A stretch of DNA of 64,000 bases from a virus. Lineage: Duplodnaviria; Caudoviricetes. The notes under the pieces are model-generated. The model was not told the origin of the DNA. It worked only from the letters and a program-made list of their open reading frames with translations, and made no database searches. Below, in pieces: positions 36,699-44,683 of this stretch. The translations under genes were made by a program, and so were the position numbers. The stretch is taken from IMG/VR virus record IMGVR_UViG_3300028048_000039, positions 256,001 to 320,000 of that record. One strand, 5' to 3'. The stretch's first letter is position 1. Every line of letters begins with the position of its first letter.

Positions 36699-37528
36699 TG
36701 AGTTTATTTAAAGACATAGCAAAGCAAACCCTACTTCTTGAACTTACAGATAGCCAAGAAAGGGATAAGGACATTGAAAACGCAATTAATAATGTCCTTA
36801 GGGTAAGAATTGGCTATGACGATGAACAGGGTGGCAAGGGTAAAAATCTTCGTTACATTCTTCCAGTTGCATTTGGACTGAGCAAGAGTGGAAATAAGGT
36901 AATTCGTGCTTACCAACCTTCTGGTTCATCAAAACGTGGTGTCCCTAACTGGAAACTTTTCCGTATGGATAGGATTTATTCATGGGATAATGGAAAAAAG
37001 ACGTTTAAGGACTATAAAGATAAACTTATTGATTTAGGTTTGAATACACATGGTGATAATAGCATGACAAAACTATTTGCAATTACACCGTTTGCCAATG
37101 ATGATGTACAGGTTGCTGATACAACAACACAAATTGGGCCAAATCCAGTTGTAAAGGCTGATATTAATCCTACAAATAAATTGCAAAATCCAACAATTAA
37201 CAAAGATAAAGAGAATTTTACTCCAAGCGGAGTAATAAATCAGCAAAAACCTATTGACAAAACCGCCCCAACTTCTTACTTTAAAGATAAAGCGGAGGCT
37301 CCTGATACGAAACCAGTATATAAACAGGATGTTAATCCACAAGATGTTCAACCTACAGAGCCTAATGTTGGACCTGAGACAGGAAAAATTGAAAGTCCAG
37401 CAACTGAACCAGTTACAAGGGATGACATTCAGAACAATGAGTTTACAAGGACTTATAGGGACCTTACTGATAGGATGAACAATCTTTATAAAGATAATGA
37501 AGAAGAAAACGAAGAAGGAGAAGAATAG
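36698..37528 (+). CDS. WYL-domain protein with low-complexity tail
   Basis: AINN..RVRIGY...RYILPVAFG....IRAYQ...WKLFRMDRI is a WYL signature. Confidence 0.75.
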   Translation: MSLFKDIAKQTLLLELTDSQERDKDIENAINNVLRVRIGYDDEQGGKGKNLRYILPVAFGLSKSGNKVIRAYQPSGSSKRGVPNWKLFRMDRIYSWDNGKKTFKDYKDKLIDLGLNTHGDNSMTKLFAITPFANDDVQVADTTTQIGPNPVVKADINPTNKLQNPTINKDKENFTPSGVINQQKPIDKTAPTSYFKDKAEAPDTKPVYKQDVNPQDVQPTEPNVGPETGKIESPATEPVTRDDIQNNEFTRTYRDLTDRMNNLYKDNEEENEEGEE

Positions 37529-37531
37529 AAT

Positions 37532-38134
37532 ATGGGACAACTTTCAACACAAGAAATTGCCGCTGTTTTAAATAACAGGACAGTACAATTAACAAAACAA
37601 CAAGGTAGTCAGCCAAGAAGAGCAGCACAAAGCTTAGACGAAGATGCTGCTGTTGCTAGAGGTGATAAATTCCTAGAAACACTTGGTTTTGATGGTGACG
37701 GTGATAGTGAATATGCTTCACATCCAGTTTCCATAAATGAAATACAAGAAGATATGTCAATTAGTCAGGAAGCTCTTAAGAAGAGCAAGATGAATCCCGC
37801 AATCAAGAACATGTTAATGGAAACAAGTAAGGTGGAGCAGTCTAAAATTACTGATAACTTCAGTGGGGACAGGCTTAACAAGATGAAGGCCCTTATGAAA
37901 GAGGACGGAAGAAAGGTAAGTTCTGCAGGTTCATCTTCAATTGACTATAGTGTCATTAAGGCGATAGTAAATGAATGTTTAAATGAATATTTTTCAAAGA
38001 ATAAACTTAATGAAAGCGCAAATCTTACCGGAGTAACAATTAAAGATAATAAAATTTCATTGGTAGATGGTAAGGGAAATGTTTTTAGAGCAAAACTTGA
38101 ATTTGTTGGAAATAAAAATGACAAAAGGAAGTAG
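37532..38134 (+). CDS. hypothetical protein
   Basis: Internal IDYSVIKAIVNECLNEY..LNES motif. Confidence 0.7.
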   Translation: MGQLSTQEIAAVLNNRTVQLTKQQGSQPRRAAQSLDEDAAVARGDKFLETLGFDGDGDSEYASHPVSINEIQEDMSISQEALKKSKMNPAIKNMLMETSKVEQSKITDNFSGDRLNKMKALMKEDGRKVSSAGSSSIDYSVIKAIVNECLNEYFSKNKLNESANLTGVTIKDNKISLVDGKGNVFRAKLEFVGNKNDKRK

Positions 38135-38142
38135 AAGTGAAG

Positions 38143-38171
38143 ATGGGGTGAAAAAATCACCCCATTCTTTT
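38143..38171. terminator. terminator between convergent genes
   Basis: tggggtga-aaaaa-tcacccca followed by a T-run. Confidence 0.7.
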
Positions 38172-41100
38172 TATACTTCATATTCCTCAACCTCTTCTGA
38201 ACGGTTTTCTACTGCATCATACAAGTCATAGAGTGTTCCAATTATAATATCTGGGTATTCTTTTGAAACAAAGTTTCCTGTATTTGGGTCAACATCAACA
38301 ATTCTCTCCAACTCAGCAGGAAGTTCTCCTTCCTCAATCTTTTCAAGGCCCTCACTTGTAAGTCCATCAAGGAACTTGTTGAATGCGTTACGGATACTCT
38401 CTATTCCAAGGTCCTTCTCCCTCTGAATACGTGCATCATAATCGTTTACAATCTTTTCCCAATCCATACCACATTCTTTTAAGAATGGAATTTCCCATTG
38501 TGGATGATTTTTCCAAAATCTAATCTCCTTATCCTCCATTGTCATGAGTTGTTCGTATGTATCCTGGTCACTTGCCTTGTTAGGATAACCACCGCAAAGC
38601 TCACATTCTTCCTTTGTAAAATATTTTCTCTCGTCTGGCTTTGCTACTAATATATTATTTCTAACTTCTGGCTTAAAACATACTAACAATGGTGTAATTC
38701 TCTTATTAAACTGGTCGATGTACTTTGGAACATTATATTCCTGACCTTCCTCACATAATACATCATTATCGATATCAATAATATTTTGTGGAACAAGCTC
38801 GCAATTAAGTATTATTTCTTCTTCAATACTAACATCTGGATGATGCTTCTTCACAAAGTCATTAAATGATAACTTCTTTCCATCTGGAGCTAGCTTACCA
38901 TCAACATTATCTTTTTTCCATTCCTTTTCTAACGTCGTCCTAACATCCTTCTTTTCATTGAAAAGTCCATCGCCACTCTTGAAATAATGCGTAACCTTCT
39001 TTACATCAGCCTGTGACTTCGATTTACCAGTGTTGATGTAATAAACGACCTCGCCCATATTAGCATTGACGTTATTCTTCAATAATAGTTCCATCCAAGC
39101 CTGTCTTGACTTTGGTCTGCCTGCCTTTGTAATTGTTTTACAATCTTCAACATATTCCTTAAGCGTTTTTTTAACTTTACCCTTTGAAGCTATCTGTTTC
39201 AACGGAATTTGATAATTGTAAATTTTCTCAATATAAGCATAATACTCGTCTATAAATTCCTGACCCTTATTTTGAAGAAGAAGTCGCACACCTTTATTAA
39301 TAAAGTTCTCAATATAAACTGGCATCTTCTTACTCTTAACTGTATTTCCCACAATTTTAACGTCCTTCGGAAATGGCTTCTCTGGGAAGTAATCAATATA
39401 GTTCTTTCTTGAGATATTCAATGAACCTGCAATCTTTTCGTCAAGACCACAACCCATCTTATTAATACCTTTCGGACTATAATGTTTATCACACATATAA
39501 ATGTCATTAAATTCCGCAAGGTCAGCCTCGAATTCTGTATATTCCTTACCTTCCTTTGTTTCCCTCGAAAGACCTGGGCTTACATATGGATGTTCCTTTG
39601 TATATCTATACTTTTCTGGTAATCTAAAGTTAAAACCATCGGTATCACCAACAATTGGTTCATAATTATATTCTTCACCTAATCCATTATCAGTTCCAAG
39701 TTTTGCAAAATGACTAATCATAAGCCTCAGTGACTGTCTTCCCGTACAAGTTGTACGTTCTGCGCAATCCACAGATTTCCACGGATAAACCGAGCCTACA
39801 TTACTACCATAAGAACCAAAGAACGAGTTACAAAATACCTTTCTAACTGCCTGCATATTATCTGCAACAGCATAATCACTCAATGCTTTGTCATAATCAG
39901 CCTGTTCTTCGGCAGTTAACTTCTCCCCACTGTTCATTTTTTCTTCATATTTTTCAACAATCTTGTTTGCCGCCTTCTTCAGTCCCTTATAATGCTCTCT
40001 TGATGTCAAGAAAAAGTTCAAGAATTTCAAGGTTGCACCAGAAATATCCTTTGTATCCTCAATTCCCCAAGTTAAGATAATTGACGGGTAAAGTGAGTTA
40101 TAATCAAGTTTTACAAGGCCCCTACTACCAGTACTTCCAACCTTTAAAAGTCTTGAAAGACCACCAGTGAATGCGCCTGTATTCTCAGAATATGGAATTG
40201 CTAAGTTATTTTCATAACTCCATGCAAGCATCAATGCTTTCCACTGACCTGCGGTTCCCATTGTACAACACTTCTGAAACGGTAATGGAAGACATTTACA
40301 AATGTTAAATGCACTCTGATTAAGTGCTAACTCAACCTTATCGCACTCCCAAAGGTCATCAAGAAGATAACGCTCTACAATATATCTTCCAGTCTTAAGA
40401 ACATAGCCCTCAGCTAAATTATTAAATATTGGGATAAAGTTTCTCTTTGTTTTCCCATCAAATGAAAAACTTTTTTCGCAATTTTCATCTAAAAGATACC
40501 AATCACCATTATCATTATTAAATGCATAATGTGAAACATTATCATTAAATACACTTGAAATTTTAGCACCCGGAACATACACACGATTGTCCTTTTTAAG
40601 GTCAAGATATGCCGTTGCATATTTCAAATTTGCCTCTTTAAAGTTTGAATCCACTGCCTGTGCCCTTCTCACTGCATGAAGTGAATCTGTTATCACTGTA
40701 TATGGAACGATTGTTTGATGAAAAGTTTCTACCTCGCCACCAAGTTTGAGAATTGTTTCTTTATCATTCTTCACAATTCCCCTTCCATCAAAATATTTTT
40801 TTGAAAGGTCCTCCAATGTTGTTCCAAGACGTTTGCAAGCACCAATAATCAAGTTCCAGTCGAATGCCTCTCCATTATGTGCTGTAATAATATCTGGCTT
40901 AAACGTATAAATTATTTTCAAGAATGTTTCTATATTTTTCAACTCAGAAGCATCCTTTTCTTCCTTAGTTTCACCTTCAGTTGTATAAATCTTCTCAAAA
41001 ATATACTTTTTACCGTGATAGATTACTGGACGATTAAACCTTATACCAAACTGTTCTATTCTATCTTTTTCAGTATTAAGACCTGTTGACTCCAAGTCAA

Positions 41101-41647
41101 ATACCATTCTTAAAAGTTGGTCATAATCTTCAAGACCCTTGAAAAATCTCTTTCCTGTTGATATTAAAAACTGTTCCTGAGGTGTAACACAAAGATATTG
41201 TTTACTATCGCTCTTTTTATCTTTCTTATCTGAATAAACTGGGTTCCTTGCTTCACGAAAAAATGATAGGAAGTCTGAATAACTCATTGGCCCTAATGCA
41301 AAAAACATAAAAGTATAACCATTGAGAATTTCCGGCACAACCTCACCCTCTGTATTTGTTGTATCAAGTGCCTTTACTCCAATTCTCTTTCTCCTCATAA
41401 GGTCCTTGAGTTCTTCTCTATCACCATCACATAACTTTACACACGCACTCTTCTTTGCCCAGAGAAATGGGATAAATGGATGCGTTGTCATACATTTTTC
41501 ATCATTTTCATTGCGATAATATACTTTTATGAAGTCGTCTTTATAAGAATATTCAAGATTGACAATCCCCTTCTGAGGGTCATTACCCTCGATAAATGAG
41601 TTTATAACATTTGTTGTTATTTCTTTTTTAATAAATTTTTGTGGCAT
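38171..41647 (-). CDS. family B DNA polymerase
   Basis: Exonuclease motifs DLESTG / HNGEAFD / YLLDD; polymerase motifs LDYNSLYPS, KVFCNSFFG, GDTDG. Confidence 0.95.
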   Translation of the reverse strand: MPQKFIKKEITTNVINSFIEGNDPQKGIVNLEYSYKDDFIKVYYRNENDEKCMTTHPFIPFLWAKKSACVKLCDGDREELKDLMRRKRIGVKALDTTNTEGEVVPEILNGYTFMFFALGPMSYSDFLSFFREARNPVYSDKKDKKSDSKQYLCVTPQEQFLISTGKRFFKGLEDYDQLLRMVFDLESTGLNTEKDRIEQFGIRFNRPVIYHGKKYIFEKIYTTEGETKEEKDASELKNIETFLKIIYTFKPDIITAHNGEAFDWNLIIGACKRLGTTLEDLSKKYFDGRGIVKNDKETILKLGGEVETFHQTIVPYTVITDSLHAVRRAQAVDSNFKEANLKYATAYLDLKKDNRVYVPGAKISSVFNDNVSHYAFNNDNGDWYLLDENCEKSFSFDGKTKRNFIPIFNNLAEGYVLKTGRYIVERYLLDDLWECDKVELALNQSAFNICKCLPLPFQKCCTMGTAGQWKALMLAWSYENNLAIPYSENTGAFTGGLSRLLKVGSTGSRGLVKLDYNSLYPSIILTWGIEDTKDISGATLKFLNFFLTSREHYKGLKKAANKIVEKYEEKMNSGEKLTAEEQADYDKALSDYAVADNMQAVRKVFCNSFFGSYGSNVGSVYPWKSVDCAERTTCTGRQSLRLMISHFAKLGTDNGLGEEYNYEPIVGDTDGFNFRLPEKYRYTKEHPYVSPGLSRETKEGKEYTEFEADLAEFNDIYMCDKHYSPKGINKMGCGLDEKIAGSLNISRKNYIDYFPEKPFPKDVKIVGNTVKSKKMPVYIENFINKGVRLLLQNKGQEFIDEYYAYIEKIYNYQIPLKQIASKGKVKKTLKEYVEDCKTITKAGRPKSRQAWMELLLKNNVNANMGEVVYYINTGKSKSQADVKKVTHYFKSGDGLFNEKKDVRTTLEKEWKKDNVDGKLAPDGKKLSFNDFVKKHHPDVSIEEEIILNCELVPQNIIDIDNDVLCEEGQEYNVPKYIDQFNKRITPLLVCFKPEVRNNILVAKPDERKYFTKEECELCGGYPNKASDQDTYEQLMTMEDKEIRFWKNHPQWEIPFLKECGMDWEKIVNDYDARIQREKDLGIESIRNAFNKFLDGLTSEGLEKIEEGELPAELERIVDVDPNTGNFVSKEYPDIIIGTLYDLYDAVENRSEEVEEYEV

Positions 41648-41716
41648 AAATTAACTTTCCTTTTTTTTATCTTATTTTTCCATCCTAAATCACTTAGGAT
41701 ATTTTCTCCGATGGTA

Positions 41717-41745
41717 AATATACAAAAGTTTTAAGAAAAAAACAA
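41717..41745 (-). promoter_or_regulatory. early/middle-type promoter (DNA polymerase)
   Basis: TTGTTT-N17-TATATT. Confidence 0.55.
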
Positions 41746-41775
41746 GCCCAGCCACGAAAAACATGACTGGACTTT
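41736..41775 (-). terminator. intrinsic terminator
   Basis: Minus strand aagtccagtcatg-ttttt-cgtggctgggctt followed by a T-run. Confidence 0.7.
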
Positions 41776-41819
41776 GAAAAGTATTATTTTCACAACAAAA
41801 CCATGGCTGTACCCATAAT

Positions 41820-42206
41820 TTATTTTCTAAATTTCCATTGATATAATGCCAATTTTTTTTCAATTTCTTCCATTTCTTCCCCAAAATACATTGCCAACCT
41901 CCCAAATTCTGGGTATTCCTCAAGATTTTCAATATCAATCCATGCGAGCGGAAAAATCTTATATGTTGTATATTCCATAGAATAACAAGTCGTTTCTTGA
42001 AATGTCTTAAGCGGTAAGTCAGTCTTAACACGATAGACAGTTGAATAAGTTGTCTGGTCGGGAGTAATGTCACCTAATGATGAAGGGTTTACTTCGTCCC
42101 AGAATGGTCCCCAAACGTACTCAGGGGTGTCTGAAAAGAAGAAATCGTACTCATAAGTACCATCAGTATCCTTGCAAATTGGCTTTATGTATGCTAATAC
42201 ACTCAT
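41820..42206 (-). CDS. acidic hypothetical protein (paralog of adjacent gene)
   Basis: L.YI..I....DG.Y.Y.F.F.....VWG pattern shared with 42206..42670. Confidence 0.75.
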   Translation of the reverse strand: MSVLAYIKPICKDTDGTYEYDFFFSDTPEYVWGPFWDEVNPSSLGDITPDQTTYSTVYRVKTDLPLKTFQETTCYSMEYTTYKIFPLAWIDIENLEEYPEFGRLAMYFGEEMEEIEKKLALYQWKFRK

Positions 42207-42670
42207 TATTCTTCAAAATTTTCATCTGGTATAGAATCAATGAGGTCGTCAATGGCTGTATCATCACCCTTTTCAACTTCCTCAAAGTCAGTTAATTCAA
42301 TTCCAACCTTATTAAGCTTCTCTTTTACTGTGTCAATTGGTTCTCCAAACCTTAAGAAGAACGGAACATCATCAATTGAGAGTCCGTCTTTCTTAATTTC
42401 AGAAAATATTAATGGGGTAAGCCCATCAATACAATCTTGAATGGAGAAACAAAAACTTTTCTTTGCAATAATCATTTCACAAGGAAAAATAGCTCTAGCT
42501 GTCAATGAAAGACAATTTTTCTCAGGACGAAGGTCAGGAATAATGACAGATGGGACAACGTTAAAGAAGTCACCCCATACAACATCAGTATCTTCAGTGA
42601 AGTCAAACCTGTAAAGATACTTTCCGTCAACTGTCCGTCCTATTTCATCAACAAATGCTAAATATTCCAT
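42206..42670 (-). CDS. acidic hypothetical protein (paralog of adjacent gene)
   Basis: LAFVDEIGRTVDGKYLYRFDF...VWG...FGE..D.V.EKL. Confidence 0.75.
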   Translation of the reverse strand: MEYLAFVDEIGRTVDGKYLYRFDFTEDTDVVWGDFFNVVPSVIIPDLRPEKNCLSLTARAIFPCEMIIAKKSFCFSIQDCIDGLTPLIFSEIKKDGLSIDDVPFFLRFGEPIDTVKEKLNKVGIELTDFEEVEKGDDTAIDDLIDSIPDENFEE

Positions 42671-42674
42671 ATCC

Positions 42675-43340
42675 TTATACTGGTTGTTCTGGTTGCATTA
42701 TACCAATAAATTCTCCAGGAGTTATAACGTGCATAACAGTATCCCTAATTGTCTTTGATGAAAATACTTGATAGAAGTTGTAGTCAGCCTTAGGTGGATA
42801 ATATAGGTCATTTGAGTCACCATCATATTGGAGTATGCCACAGCCACAGTCGGTATCGACAACAAAGTAAGTTATATTCTGTTCTCTCAGCATCGGAATA
42901 ACTTTCCATACACTTCCGTTCCAAACAAGAGTATGTCTATTCTCGTCCTGAGCATCTTCATCAGCAGGAAGGCAGTCATGGACTACAATACAACCACCCT
43001 TATTAAGGTGTTTAAAACTGTTTATAATATCTCTAGACACCTGTTCCTCAAAGTGAAGTCCATCAATGAAAATGATGTCATATTTCTTATCTGGAGGACA
43101 CATTTCAAAAAACTCGTCAGATGTCATCTTATATGTAAGAATATTGTCCTCTATATATTTCTTGATTGACAGGTCATATCCACAGTCATTACCAATATTA
43201 GGCTCATAAGGGTCCACACACTCTTTATATTTGCAGTTAATCCTCATAAAGTTGAACTCAGGCTCTGCAATACCTATCTCAAGATAAGATTGATAGTTAA
43301 ACTTGTCAATCAACATGTTAATGATGTCGGTTCTTTCCAT
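42675..43340 (-). CDS. class I SAM-dependent methyltransferase (Methyltransf_24-like)
   Basis: SYLEIG, VDP, TSDEFF, YDIIFIDGLH, GGCIVVHDC. Confidence 0.85.
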   Translation of the reverse strand: MERTDIINMLIDKFNYQSYLEIGIAEPEFNFMRINCKYKECVDPYEPNIGNDCGYDLSIKKYIEDNILTYKMTSDEFFEMCPPDKKYDIIFIDGLHFEEQVSRDIINSFKHLNKGGCIVVHDCLPADEDAQDENRHTLVWNGSVWKVIPMLREQNITYFVVDTDCGCGILQYDGDSNDLYYPPKADYNFYQVFSSKTIRDTVMHVITPGEFIGIMQPEQPV

Positions 43341-43343
43341 AAT

Positions 43344-43607
43344 TTATGCTTTTTTAAAATCTAATATTCCTAACTCCCAATCCTTAAATTTAGCACGATA
43401 CTGTGATTGGTAAGTAACACCAAACCCTACATTAGCAGTAAAGGCGCAATAAAATTCATTTCCCTTATTATACATATACCTCTTATCTGGAATATGTGGA
43501 GAAGCATAATATTCTCCATGTTTAAAGTAAAAATTCCTTTTTCTCCAACCTTTAATAGCCATAAGCCATTTTAATGCATAATATTTAAATGCTCTACTCC
43601 GTTTCAT
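43344..43607 (-). CDS. small basic hypothetical protein
   Basis: 87-aa ORF after a promoter. Confidence 0.55.
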   Translation of the reverse strand: MKRSRAFKYYALKWLMAIKGWRKRNFYFKHGEYYASPHIPDKRYMYNKGNEFYCAFTANVGFGVTYQSQYRAKFKDWELGILDFKKA

Positions 43608-43653
43608 TTTTATTGATACTTGTTTTATTTATTTTTCATCTTCTTTCTTAATA

Positions 43654-43682
43654 ATTTTATTAATATTTAGCTCCTTTGTCAA
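43654..43682 (-). promoter_or_regulatory. early/middle-type promoter
   Basis: TTGACA-N17-TAAAAT. Confidence 0.55.
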
Positions 43683-43684
43683 GA

Positions 43685-44683
43685 CTAAATCCCAGATTTT
43701 TTCATATCATCTTTAATATCTTTTATCATTTCTTCATAGGAATGATAAAGTTTTTTACCTAAAAAGGTATTTTCTTTAAAATTACTAAAATAGAAGAGTT
43801 TTATACCATTAGTTTTACATTTATTTAATTTTCTTATATCTCTTTCTTGTATTTCTTTTAAAATTTGTTTTCCTTCAGTTTCCTTTTGGCCTTTATGAAA
43901 ATATTTAGGTATAAAATGTTGTACACCTTGAATTTCAATTCCTATTTTATATTTTGGAAAAAATATATCAATTTCTTGAAGTCCTAAAATATCTTTGTTT
44001 TTATAGTTTCTAATACATTCCTCATTATTAAAATCCTTTTTAATCATCATAAAAATATCAGTTTCCATAAGGTGTCCCTTTTTATCACATTCAGGGCAGC
44101 CATGACCTTGTAGGTGTTTATCTGGTGTTTGCCAAAACTCTCCATGTTCAGGGCAAATTATACAAACTTTGGTCTTATATCCATTATAATTAACTTTACT
44201 ATAATCGTATTTTTTGTTTTGTATTTTCTTTGCTTTTTTAATAAAAGTACTATTGGTTACCCTTCCTCGTGTATTCCACATATCTATTTTACCACATTTA
44301 GGACAACCAGCACCGCTTAAGTGACTATGGGGTGTTTGCCAAAACTCTCCATGTTCAGGGCAAATTATACAAACTTTGGTCTTATTGTTATAATATGTAA
44401 CATTAGAATAATCATATTTATTTTTATGAATTTTTTTGGACATGTTTATAAAATTTTCTAAAGTTGAAGAACATCTATTATGTGTATGTTGGCTTTTACA
44501 TTTAGGGCAACCTTGTCCTCTTAAATGTTTATCTGGCGTTTGCCAAAACTCTCCATGTTCAGGACAAATTATACAAACTTTAGTTTTACAACCTTTATAT
44601 TCTACTTTAGAATAATCGTATTTATAACAATGTATGGTATTTGCCTTTTCTTTAAAAAGGTCTATTGTGTATTTTAACGGCAT
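43685..44683 (-). CDS. putative homing endonuclease: 3 zinc-ribbon repeats + PD-(D/E)xK nuclease
   Basis: 3x YDYS...KVCIICPEHGEFWQTP..HL.G.GCP; EIDIFFPKYKIGIEIQGVQH. Confidence 0.8.
   Translation of the reverse strand: MPLKYTIDLFKEKANTIHCYKYDYSKVEYKGCKTKVCIICPEHGEFWQTPDKHLRGQGCPKCKSQHTHNRCSSTLENFINMSKKIHKNKYDYSNVTYYNNKTKVCIICPEHGEFWQTPHSHLSGAGCPKCGKIDMWNTRGRVTNSTFIKKAKKIQNKKYDYSKVNYNGYKTKVCIICPEHGEFWQTPDKHLQGHGCPECDKKGHLMETDIFMMIKKDFNNEECIRNYKNKDILGLQEIDIFFPKYKIGIEIQGVQHFIPKYFHKGQKETEGKQILKEIQERDIRKLNKCKTNGIKLFYFSNFKENTFLGKKLYHSYEEMIKDIKDDMKKSGI

Noticed and set aside
38171-41647. Intein or intron in DNA polymerase, terminase or capsid
   Set aside because: The ORFs are continuous, and no intein terminal motifs or endonuclease domains were seen in the inserted segments.
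41690-42073. 127-aa minus-strand ORF overlapping 41820..42206
   Set aside because: It is an alternative frame of a better-supported gene and runs through a terminator and promoter.
44090-44630. Regularly spaced DNA repeats resembling a CRISPR array (also 57540-58270)
   Set aside because: The period is about 200 nt, the repeats are in-frame zinc-ribbon coding modules, and there are no cas genes.
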